Positions 18,504 to 26,671 of a DNA stretch of 64,000 nucleotides are shown here, one piece after another. A program made the position numbers and the translations under genes. The DNA is from Pyrinomonadaceae bacterium. GTDB lineage: Bacteria; Acidobacteriota; Blastocatellia; Pyrinomonadales; Pyrinomonadaceae. The notes below the pieces were generated by a model that saw only the letters and a list, made by a program, of their open reading frames with translations, made no database searches and was not told where the DNA came from. The stretch is from assembly GCA_035281525.1 (NCBI GenBank), contig DATEDU010000396.1, positions 2,660 to 66,659 of the forward strand. The letters are read 5' to 3'. Position 1 is the stretch's first letter, and each line of letters starts with the position of its first letter.

Positions 18504-18614
18504 GAAAGTTTCGAGTTCCGAGTTTCGAGTTCCGAGTTTCGAGTTTCGGTTCAACTCAAAACTCTCGAACCGTAAACTCGAAACTCGAAACTCCGAACTC
18601 GAAACTCGAAACTT
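18504..18614. repeat. Inverted repeat of GAGTTTC/GAGTTCC units
   Basis: Left arm gaaagtttcgagttccgagtttcgagttccgagtttcgagtttcgg pairs with right arm cgtaaactcgaaactcgaaactccgaactcgaaactcgaaacttcc. Confidence 0.9.
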
Positions 18615-18616
18615 CC

Positions 18617-18838
18617 TCACTCCACCATGCGGAAGAACATGCGCCACACGATATCCTGCTCCATCAAAACATCGAGACGATAGATTCCTGGCGATAGGGC
18701 AGCAAAGTCCAGGTCCCATGTTGAATACAACAACTTACTGGGCGTAACTGTAATTTTCTTCTTGTTCACTTCTTCAGTGATTAGCCGATTGTCCGAATCA
18801 TAGAGCCGGAAAGCCGGCCTGCCCTTACGCTTCTCCAC
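18617..18838 (-). CDS. Small hypothetical protein (possibly a gene remnant)
   Basis: 73-aa ORF with a GTG start and no clear SD. It is bracketed by hairpins at 18504-18614 and 18884-18997. No family recognised. Confidence 0.3.
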   Translation of the reverse strand: MEKRKGRPAFRLYDSDNRLITEEVNKKKITVTPSKLLYSTWDLDFAALSPGIYRLDVLMEQDIVWRMFFRMVE

Positions 18839-18883
18839 CGGCAGCCATGTCAGAAAAAGAATACTTTATCATCCTTCCGAAGA

Positions 18884-18997
18884 ACAGCACTCAATCACGG
18901 AACCGCTTGCGGTAGCCAGCGCTCATAACACTCAATTCTCGCTCATATTGAGTACTTAGAACGCAGGTTACCGCAAGCGGTTCTGTGATCGAGCGCT
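18884..18997. repeat. 30-bp-arm inverted repeat (non-tandem type)
   Basis: Left arm cagcactcaatcacggaaccgcttgcggta (18884-18913) pairs with right arm taccgcaagcggttctgtgatcgagcgctg (18968-18997), with 3 mismatches. The loop has a second small palindrome, cactcaat..attgagt. Confidence 0.85.
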
Positions 18998-19001
18998 GCT
19001 T

Positions 19002-20108
19002 TCAAAATTTTATCATCGCAATATTGCCGCGGGCGCCGGCGGCCCAGCCGACCGCCGCAGCTCGAACACGACGCCGAGCAAAACTCAATGTGTCGAACCC
19101 TTGAGGAATTTCGGTTTTCCCGGGAATTTCGGATTTCGAATTTCGGATTGCGGATTGGTTAGGCGACCCGCCCGCTACCGCAGGGCGGTACTGACTACCG
19201 ATATCCGATTGTTGCCATGTGCGGCCGTCGTCAGTTGAATAGTCCACTCCTGATGGACCAATCGCCACCAGCGATCTCGTTCCAGGAACGTAAGCTACCA
19301 CGGATCGATAACCTGACAATCCTTTAACCAGTGACCAGGTGCCGCCACCATCCGTAGTCACAGCAAGGTTGTCGACAGCTTCGGTCTCCTTCGTGTAGTC
19401 CCCACCCACAATGACCCCGTCCGTAGCGCTACGAAAAGCGATCGAGAAAATTCCAGCAGAAGAACCGGCCTGAAAAGGAGTCTCGGCAATGGTCCACGTG
19501 CGGCCTCGATCAGTTGTGCGCAATACACGTCCTTTACGAGCGCCGCCCGTCGCGATCCATGCGTGAGACTTTCCAAAGATTGCAATGTTGGTACCGCTCG
19601 CGGCAAATGCTCCTTCGTTTTCCAAAGCCCGCGGCAGCACATTGTCCGGCACTCGGTTCCAGTTCCGCCCGCCATTCTCGGTCGTCATAATGCAGAACTT
19701 GCCGTCAATTGAGTCTCCAATAACGATGCCGTGATTGCGATCCCAGAACGACATCGCGTCATAAAACGCTTTTGGATCGTCGTTCTTGAATTGCAAGGTC
19801 CAGGTGGCGCCTCCATCGGTCGTTTTATAAATGCGTGAAGCAGGGCCGTTGCCGATGCTAAGGAGATAGGCCGTGCGGGCATCGAAGGCGTCGATGTCGC
19901 GGAAGTCGAGCTTGTCGTTGGTGACTGTGAGTCTTCTCCAAGTCGCCCCGCCGTCAAGGGTGCGCAGGACAGTGCTGTCTGAGCCGCTGGCCCAGGCGAT
20001 GCGATCGGTTACGGCGCTAATGCCGCGCAGCCGCGAATTAGTGCCGCTCGTCTGTATGGTCCACTGCGGCGCTGCAATGAATAACGTAAAGGCGAGTATA
20101 AGCGTCAT
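19002..20108 (-). CDS. BNR/Asp-box repeat beta-propeller protein (Ycf48/sortilin-like), secreted
   Basis: Six Asp-box motifs: TLDGGATW, TTDGGATW, TENGGRNW, TTDRGRTW, TTDGGGTW, STDDGRTW. It carries a repeat-derived in-frame segment near the C-terminus (see findings). Confidence 0.85.
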   Translation of the reverse strand: MTLILAFTLFIAAPQWTIQTSGTNSRLRGISAVTDRIAWASGSDSTVLRTLDGGATWRRLTVTNDKLDFRDIDAFDARTAYLLSIGNGPASRIYKTTDGGATWTLQFKNDDPKAFYDAMSFWDRNHGIVIGDSIDGKFCIMTTENGGRNWNRVPDNVLPRALENEGAFAASGTNIAIFGKSHAWIATGGARKGRVLRTTDRGRTWTIAETPFQAGSSAGIFSIAFRSATDGVIVGGDYTKETEAVDNLAVTTDGGGTWSLVKGLSGYRSVVAYVPGTRSLVAIGPSGVDYSTDDGRTWQQSDIGSQYRPAVAGGSPNQSAIRNSKSEIPGKTEIPQGFDTLSFARRRVRAAAVGWAAGARGNIAMIKF

Positions 20109-20114
20109 GCTCGG

Positions 20115-20205
20115 AATGAGGTCAGTACCACCCGCGGTAGGGTCTGATCATTGCCAACTCCTAACGAAGCACCCACCCGCTACCGCGGGTGGTACTGACC
20201 TCATT
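20115..20205. repeat. Inverted repeat of the GTCAGTACC...GGTAGCGGG hairpin family
   Basis: Left arm aatgaggtcagtaccacccgcggtag (20115-20140) pairs perfectly with right arm ctaccgcgggtggtactgacctcatt (20180-20205). It lies between the start of the BNR gene and the stop of the sugar transferase gene. Confidence 0.9.
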
Positions 20206-20215
20206 GCGTATGGTC

Positions 20216-21772
20216 CTAGTATCCGTCGCCGCGGAGGACTACTAACACCGTGCGGAGGATGATCTTCAAATCCAACAACAATGACCAGTTTTCTATGTAG
20301 AACAGGTCTAACCTCACCATCTCATCAAAAGGCAATCGATTGCGACCTGATACTTGCCACAAACCAGTCAGGCCCGGCTTCATGTCCAGCCGCCTACGAT
20401 GCCCCGGCGCGTAAGCTTCAACTTCATAGGTGATCGGAGGGCGTGGTCCAACGACGCTCATATCTCCCATGAGCACATTGAAGAGTTGCGGCACTTCGTC
20501 GACACTCGAACGCCTGAGCCACCGCCCAACGCGCGTAATACGCGGATCTGACGATAACTTGTAGGCGGGTCGCCGTTCGTCGCCAAGATTTGCTTCTGCA
20601 TCTCCCGATATGAATTTGCGCTGGTACTCCTGGTGCACGCGATCGTCCGAGTTCAAATACATCGTGCGAAATTTGTAGACGAGGAAAACACGACCGTCCA
20701 TTCCCACTCGTTCCTGCCTGAAGAAAACGGGCCCGCGTGAATCCAACTTGATTAACAAGGCAACAATCAGCCAAACCGGTAGAAATAGCACCAATGCGAG
20801 GAGCGCGATGACGATATCCGAAGTCCTTTTTACCAGGCGAGCGGCGTTCGATAAGGGTTCGCGAAACAAACGGATCATCGGCAGCGCGCCAATTTGATCG
20901 ATCTCAGTCTTGCGCGGCAGGCAGTTGAAAAGACTCGGTGCGATGCGAAATTCGACTCCACGACGGCGGCCGCAGCGCATCATCACGTCAAACAATGCGT
21001 TGCCGTCGACATCCGGGTCGGCGATGATCACTTCGTTCGCGCCTGAGTCTCGAATGACTTCAGGAAGCTCGGCGAGATTGCCAATGATCGGAACGCCTTC
21101 ATACGTCGATGCGCTTGCCACATCTCGCGTATTGTTCTCAACAACGCCGATGACGCGATAACCGAGGGCAGGCCGCGCGCGCATTTCCTGGATGCATAAG
21201 GCAGCCTCTGGACCCCGGCCAACAACCAGAGTCGGGATCAGATTAATGTGACGTTGTCGCGCAAATGTTTGAGCGCTTCTCACGATCAGGCGCAGCGTAA
21301 GCAAGCCCGCAAAGGCGAAGATAAAATCCAAAACGAAAACGGATCGTGCGTACGAGAACGCGCGATACTGAAAGCCACCGCGATACAGAAAAGCGGCGGC
21401 AACGATCAAGAGCGACGCTATAGCCGTTGATTTGAACAGACGGACGAAGTCATCGAAAAAAGAAAACTCGCCGCGCAAACGGTAAAGATCGTAGTAGCGC
21501 AGAGTCACCAGGCGGATCAGAACAACGATCAACAGTAAGGCGCCATAGGGAGCAAACTGACGGCTCCACGAAAGAGTGCCATTAGTAGTGCGCACCAAAA
21601 TGGACCCACCATGACGCAGGTAAAAGGCGGCGACAAATGCGAATAATGCGATGAGGAAGTCGGCGATGACTAGGGCGACCTTTACGGAAGGTATCACCCA
21701 ATGTGGAGCGCGCGCCGGCACACGCACGGTGCTTGCAGCCACAGTCCGATTTTTGACTCGCTCTGCTCTCAT
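20216..21772 (-). CDS. Polyprenyl-phosphate sugar-phosphate transferase (initiating 'bacterial sugar transferase', WbaP/EpsB-like)
   Basis: N-terminal TM helices and a Rossmann-like segment LVVGRGPEAALCIQEM..YRVIGVV. C-terminal catalytic domain RGPVFFRQERVG..GRVFLVYKFRTM ... LFNVLMGDMSVVGPRPP ... KPGLTGLWQVSGR. Confidence 0.9.
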   Translation of the reverse strand: MRAERVKNRTVAASTVRVPARAPHWVIPSVKVALVIADFLIALFAFVAAFYLRHGGSILVRTTNGTLSWSRQFAPYGALLLIVVLIRLVTLRYYDLYRLRGEFSFFDDFVRLFKSTAIASLLIVAAAFLYRGGFQYRAFSYARSVFVLDFIFAFAGLLTLRLIVRSAQTFARQRHINLIPTLVVGRGPEAALCIQEMRARPALGYRVIGVVENNTRDVASASTYEGVPIIGNLAELPEVIRDSGANEVIIADPDVDGNALFDVMMRCGRRRGVEFRIAPSLFNCLPRKTEIDQIGALPMIRLFREPLSNAARLVKRTSDIVIALLALVLFLPVWLIVALLIKLDSRGPVFFRQERVGMDGRVFLVYKFRTMYLNSDDRVHQEYQRKFISGDAEANLGDERRPAYKLSSDPRITRVGRWLRRSSVDEVPQLFNVLMGDMSVVGPRPPITYEVEAYAPGHRRRLDMKPGLTGLWQVSGRNRLPFDEMVRLDLFYIENWSLLLDLKIILRTVLVVLRGDGY

Positions 21773-22839
21773 GCTTGCACTATCAAGTCGGCAACTTCAC
21801 GACGCACATGCATTGCTTGACGAGATGAGACGCTATCCTTTCTTTTAATCGGCAGCTTGTCGAGGTCTTCGCGGTTTTGAATGCGCATCAGCCTTCCTTC
21901 GCGTACCAATGCTTCGTCGATTGCTGCCCAACGTCCCGCGTAAATGGTAGCGGCGGGAATTCCGAGTGCAGCCGCTTCCCGATTCATAGTGCCTCCCGCG
22001 CTGATCACCAGGTCGCTCGCAGCGATGAGGTTGGGACCGTCGAGTGGCTCAGCCGGTACTATAAAGTTGTGACCGGAACCCGACGCTACCGCGTTACGGT
22101 ACTGACTGGAGCCCGACGTTACCACGTTACGGTACTGACCCGACGCGGTGCGCGGCAGCAGCACAACTTTCACTTCCGCCCGCCCCGACAAGCGCTTCAG
22201 CAGCTCATCGAACAACTCATTCTCAAACCGATGATACAAGGCGTCGCGCGCCGGCGGCCTGACCGTAACGAGCACATTTTCCTCCGACACGCCCAATTCC
22301 CTTAACTTATTAGCAAAGCTCGGGTCACGTGCAAAGCCGGCGAGATATACGTCTTCCTTGGTGCCATTGTAACGCCTCACTTTTTTGGCACGAGCGCCGT
22401 AACGGGTAAGCGCCTCTTCAGGAAAGACGCTCGGCACGATGATGCGCGATGCAAGGCGAAACGCCAAATGATTTGCAGGCTGATGTTCGTAGTCCATCAG
22501 CGTCACAGTTCGCAAGCCGAGCGACCATGCGGCAAAGATCTGTGTGTAAGAGTTGTGACTGACGGCGACGTCCAGTGAACGTCTCGCGGCCCAACGTCTG
22601 AGCGCCCATGACCGCTGAATGAGGTTGGCAGTTTTCCCGAACAGGCTTCGTCCGCCATGCTCGCCGATTACGTCGGCTGGCAAACCTGCAGCGCGCGCCA
22701 GCGCCACTGTTTCGGCGAAGTCACGCGCGGTGATCTCGACGTCGTGGCCTCGTTCAGCAAACTCTTTCGTCAGGGCACTAAAGAAGGGAACGTGCGGAGA
22801 GTTAGCCAGGTCGATCCAAATGCGCATCTTGTCCGACAA
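21769..22839 (-). CDS. DUF354 family protein (GT-B/epimerase-like fold) with in-frame tandem repeat insert
   Basis: N-terminus MRIWIDLANSPHVPFF is characteristic of DUF354. ATGA overlap with the downstream gene at 21769-21772. Confidence 0.75.
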   Translation of the reverse strand: MSDKMRIWIDLANSPHVPFFSALTKEFAERGHDVEITARDFAETVALARAAGLPADVIGEHGGRSLFGKTANLIQRSWALRRWAARRSLDVAVSHNSYTQIFAAWSLGLRTVTLMDYEHQPANHLAFRLASRIIVPSVFPEEALTRYGARAKKVRRYNGTKEDVYLAGFARDPSFANKLRELGVSEENVLVTVRPPARDALYHRFENELFDELLKRLSGRAEVKVVLLPRTASGQYRNVVTSGSSQYRNAVASGSGHNFIVPAEPLDGPNLIAASDLVISAGGTMNREAAALGIPAATIYAGRWAAIDEALVREGRLMRIQNREDLDKLPIKRKDSVSSRQAMHVRREVADLIVQA

Positions 22840-22858
22840 ACTTTAGTTTGTCGCAGCC

Positions 22859-23992
22859 CTATTCCTCGCCGACATACGACAAACTGAAGTTCGTCGGACA
22901 CGTAAACTGGCGAATCGAATCCGCGACCTTCGCCGGGGCCTCGTTTGGAAGCTCTGCGTACATCGGCAGCGAGAGCTGTTCGTTGCTAGCCTGCTCGGTA
23001 TGAGGCAAGTCACCGGCACTGTACCCCAGATCACGATAAGCCGGCTGTAAGTGAACAGGGATAGGATAGTGGATCCCACAACCGACACCGCTGGTTTTGA
23101 GGTGCTCCATCAGGTGTTGTCGTTCGGGCGTGAAAACAGAAAAGACGTGGTAGATAGAGTGTTGATGAGGCATCTCTTCTAGCAAACGGAGTCCTGAATC
23201 TGCAAGCGCATCACGATACTTTGCAGCATGCCGTCGACGTGCCTCATTCCAGCCATCAAGGTGTCTTAACTTGACGCCAAGGACAGCTCCCTGAATAGCC
23301 TCCATTCGATAGTTGTACCCGACATGGACGTGCCGGTACTTTTCGATTTGGCCCTGGTCGCGCAACTGCCTCATGAGCTCAGCGTATTTCGGATTGTTGG
23401 TGACGATTGCGCCCGCTTCTCCGTAAGCGCCCAGATTTTTCGTGGGATAGAAACTGAAGCAGGCGATATCTCCAAGACTTCCTGCTCGACGTCCTTTGTA
23501 TTCTGCTCCCTGAGCCTGCGCGGCGTCTTCAATCACAATCAATCCATGTCGCCGCGCGACGTCAAGAATCGGATCCATTTCTGCGCACGTCCCATAGAGG
23601 TGAACGGGCATGATCACTTTCGTGCGCGGAGTAATCGCTGCTTCGAGCAGAGAAGGATCCATGGTGCAAGTATGCGGATCGATGTCGACCAGGACTGGTT
23701 TCGCGCCAGTGTAACAAATGGCAGCTACGCTTGCGGCGAACGTGTAACTGACCGTAATCACTTCATCATCAGGTTTGACTCCAGCAGCCAACAGCGCGAG
23801 GTGGAGCGCACTCGTTCCTGAATTAACTCCGACGGCATATTTAGCCTGACAATAAGCGGCGAAGTTCGATTCGAATGCTTCGACGTGTGGGCCGAGGATG
23901 AACTGGCAGCTCTGTAAGACGTCGCCGATCGCCGCATCGACGTCTTCTTTGATACTGAGGTACTGTGACTTTAGATCTATTAAAGGAATCAT
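22859..23992 (-). CDS. DegT/DnrJ/EryC1/StrS family PLP-dependent sugar aminotransferase (WbpE-like)
   Basis: Motifs GVNSGTSALHLAL, FSFYPTKNLGAYGEAGAIVTN, YNYRMEAIQGAVL. Confidence 0.9.
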   Translation of the reverse strand: MIPLIDLKSQYLSIKEDVDAAIGDVLQSCQFILGPHVEAFESNFAAYCQAKYAVGVNSGTSALHLALLAAGVKPDDEVITVSYTFAASVAAICYTGAKPVLVDIDPHTCTMDPSLLEAAITPRTKVIMPVHLYGTCAEMDPILDVARRHGLIVIEDAAQAQGAEYKGRRAGSLGDIACFSFYPTKNLGAYGEAGAIVTNNPKYAELMRQLRDQGQIEKYRHVHVGYNYRMEAIQGAVLGVKLRHLDGWNEARRRHAAKYRDALADSGLRLLEEMPHQHSIYHVFSVFTPERQHLMEHLKTSGVGCGIHYPIPVHLQPAYRDLGYSAGDLPHTEQASNEQLSLPMYAELPNEAPAKVADSIRQFTCPTNFSLSYVGEE

Positions 23993-23998
23993 TTGTAT

Positions 23999-25009
23999 TT
24001 ATTCAATTTCCACCAGTTGGCCTCGGCCTCGCAGTGACTGTTCGGCAGCTTCTACCATCCGCACGAGCCTGAGCCCTGCCTGACCGTTCGTCTCCGGTTC
24101 TTTATTGTTCTCGATGCAGTCGATGAAATGCAATGCCTCAGTGTGCAGCGCTTCGGTCGTGTCGAGCCGCGGCGCCCACATGTCACCAGAACGATAACTC
24201 ACGAGCATCTCATAAACGGCCTCAGGACTCTGAGAGAGGGTAACACCTTTATCGTAGACTTTGACTTTCTCGCTCGGTTCCAAATCGTCGTACAAAATCA
24301 TCTTGTCGCTGCCGCCGATGAGCGTGTGGCGCACTTTAACGGGCGTCAGCCAGTTAACGTGAACGTGCGCAATTTGCGGATTGCCAAAAAAAAGAGTGAT
24401 GTAGGCGACGTTTTCGGGCTGACCGGGAATGTTGCTGATGCCGGTAGCTGAGACTGCGACTGCGCGTGACGGCAGCACGTAATCCATAATCGACAAATCG
24501 TGGATCGCCAGATCCCAGATGACGTTTACGTCGTGTTGAAATAATCCGAGGTTCACCCGCACAGCGTCGTAATAATAAATCTCTCCCAAGGCATTGCTCG
24601 CAATGAGCTCGCGGATCTTGCGCACTGCGCCGGTGTAGACAAAGGTGTGATCGACCATCAGAACGCGCCGACGGCGGCCGGCTTCTTCGATAAGACGCAG
24701 TGCCTGTTCGGAGTTTGCAGCCAAAGGTTTTTCGACGAGAACGTGTTTGCCTGCGCCCAGAGCAGCCATCGCCATGTCGAAGTGAGAAGAAACGGGAGTA
24801 GCGATTGCGATTGCGTCGATCGAGTTATCACTGAATAACTCATCACAACTGTTGAGCGTTCTGATCGATGGATAGCGACTGTTCAGCGTTGCCAGTCGTT
24901 CTGAACGCATGTCGCAGACGGCAGCGACAGTGGAGCCGGATGCCTCCATGAAGTTGCGCACCAGATTGGGGCCCCAGTAGCCGTAACCGATTACGCCGAC
25001 TCTTATCAT
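23999..25009 (-). CDS. Gfo/Idh/MocA family NAD-dependent sugar oxidoreductase (WbpB-like)
   Basis: N-terminal Rossmann motif MIRVGVIGYGYWGPNLVRNF and EKPLA motif HVLVEKPLAANSEQ. Confidence 0.85.
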   Translation of the reverse strand: MIRVGVIGYGYWGPNLVRNFMEASGSTVAAVCDMRSERLATLNSRYPSIRTLNSCDELFSDNSIDAIAIATPVSSHFDMAMAALGAGKHVLVEKPLAANSEQALRLIEEAGRRRRVLMVDHTFVYTGAVRKIRELIASNALGEIYYYDAVRVNLGLFQHDVNVIWDLAIHDLSIMDYVLPSRAVAVSATGISNIPGQPENVAYITLFFGNPQIAHVHVNWLTPVKVRHTLIGGSDKMILYDDLEPSEKVKVYDKGVTLSQSPEAVYEMLVSYRSGDMWAPRLDTTEALHTEALHFIDCIENNKEPETNGQAGLRLVRMVEAAEQSLRGRGQLVEIE

Positions 25010-25497
25010 GATTCCGCTTTTGAAACACTCCGCACATCGCCGACTACCCGGGCCGGCACTCCCACCACAATCGCATGATCGGCCACGTCATGCGTGACTA
25101 CTGCGCCGGCTCCGATTAAAGCTCCTTCGCCGATGGTGATACCTGAGATGATAGTTGCGTTGCTGCCGATTGAGGCTCTTCTCTTAACCAATGTTGCGTC
25201 CACTCGCCAATCGGCTTCAGTTTGCAACGAGCCGGCTTCATTTGTCGCTTGCGGATAGCGATCGTTAGTGAACATCACGCCGTGACCGACAAAGACTTCG
25301 TCCTCGATGGTGACTCCTTCACAGATGAATGAGTGCGACGAGATTTTGCAGCGAGCGCCGATCGTGGCGTTTTTTTGAATCTCGACGAATGCGCCGACCC
25401 TGGTATCCGGTCCAATCGTGCAACCGTAAAGGTTTACGAGGTCTGGCTGAAATATCTTTACGCCTTCTCCGAGAGATACGTCAGACGCGATGGGCAT
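25006..25497 (-). CDS. Left-handed beta-helix (hexapeptide repeat) sugar N-acetyltransferase (WbpD-like)
   Basis: Hexapeptide repeats (IGPDTRVGAFVEIQKNATIGARCKISSHSFI...). 4-nt overlap with the downstream oxidoreductase gene. Confidence 0.85.
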   Translation of the reverse strand: MPIASDVSLGEGVKIFQPDLVNLYGCTIGPDTRVGAFVEIQKNATIGARCKISSHSFICEGVTIEDEVFVGHGVMFTNDRYPQATNEAGSLQTEADWRVDATLVKRRASIGSNATIISGITIGEGALIGAGAVVTHDVADHAIVVGVPARVVGDVRSVSKAES

Positions 25498-26662
25498 CCT
25501 TTTCCTCTAATAACCTCGCAAGTGCATACAGCATCCAGGCCTGACTCCAGCGCATGAATGGTGTGCGTATGGTAAAAAAGCGACGGCGCTGGTAATAAAA
25601 GTAGCCGCTTGGGTCACGCAAGTTTTCGATAGACCAGTGGGCGATTCGGTCAGCTAGCGCGAGAGCGTCGTCATTCACCGCTTCTCGCAAATCAGCCAAG
25701 GCAACGATCGCCGTAGCCGCTGCGTGCGCATCAACCGGATAAAGCTCGTCATGGTAGTATTTCGGCGATCCATCCGCAAGAAAGAAGCTCCCGCTCCAAA
25801 AGTTGTAACCACGGCGTAATGCTTGCTGAAAGTCTTCGTTACGAGGCGTATGTCTGACGTTGCGCGTGAGTGATGAGAGGACAAACGCGGTATGGAAGTT
25901 GTCGATCCATGTTTGGCTTGCATCTTCGCCGTACGCCCACGCCCCGTCCTCGCGTTGCCGTCGGACAACATAGTACGTCGCCTTGAATGCCCAATTACAA
26001 AGTTCTGTTTCCCCGGTAAGGCTGCCGACGCTGGCGAGCACTTCCGCAGCCAGAAGGCTTGCGTTGTAGATTCGCGTATTAGCGTGCGGAGAATAGCTGA
26101 AACAAACTTCCATTTCGGTTTCAACGCTTCGACGCAGGTCTCGCAGGATGAAGTCACAAGTCGAGCGTGCAGTCGCGAGATGCACATCGTCATTAAAGGC
26201 CTTCGAGGCTTCGATGAGTGCTCGTGCTGCGAAAGCGGTTGGCACGATCATTGGCGTACCGCGTGGCGCAAAAAACATGCGCGATTGCCAGTCGAAGTTG
26301 TAGCCCCAGGCCGCTCCACTCCAGCCTTGAAGACGCATTGACAAAAGAATGTCGAGGAGTTGCCGCGCCTGCGTTTCAGCTTCTTTTGTTCTTTGCCGGC
26401 GATAATCAGCTAATGCAGCTAACGCCAAGAGGGCGATTGCCTTGGAGTTCTTTCCTGGCGCCACTAATGCGAAACGACGCAGGTTGATGGGCGATCGCTT
26501 GAAAAGCTGCGTCGCAGCGAGTCGCGCTAATTTGGAATGTTTAAGTGGAGTTGATTGGAAGAGCTTGCTGTTGAGGGCATCAAATGGATCGTGACCCGCA
26601 AAATCGCGGTCGCGGCACCAGGCCCACAAACGTTGGTGCGCAGCAGCAAGATCGATCGGCAT
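25481..26662 (-). CDS. Hypothetical protein embedded in the polysaccharide operon
   Basis: 393-aa ORF with no signal peptide. Contains WGYNFDWQSRMFFAPRGTPMIVPTAF and repeated aromatic-rich helical segments. It overlaps the downstream acetyltransferase start by 17 nt. Confidence 0.7.
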   Translation of the reverse strand: MPIDLAAAHQRLWAWCRDRDFAGHDPFDALNSKLFQSTPLKHSKLARLAATQLFKRSPINLRRFALVAPGKNSKAIALLALAALADYRRQRTKEAETQARQLLDILLSMRLQGWSGAAWGYNFDWQSRMFFAPRGTPMIVPTAFAARALIEASKAFNDDVHLATARSTCDFILRDLRRSVETEMEVCFSYSPHANTRIYNASLLAAEVLASVGSLTGETELCNWAFKATYYVVRRQREDGAWAYGEDASQTWIDNFHTAFVLSSLTRNVRHTPRNEDFQQALRRGYNFWSGSFFLADGSPKYYHDELYPVDAHAAATAIVALADLREAVNDDALALADRIAHWSIENLRDPSGYFYYQRRRFFTIRTPFMRWSQAWMLYALARLLEEKDAHRV

Positions 26663-26671
26663 TGGCTGGAT

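Noticed and set aside
21877-22305. 142-aa plus-strand ORF with RYRVTVLT repeats
   Set aside because: It is antisense to the DUF354 gene. The repeats are the opposite-strand translation of the 33-nt hairpin units.
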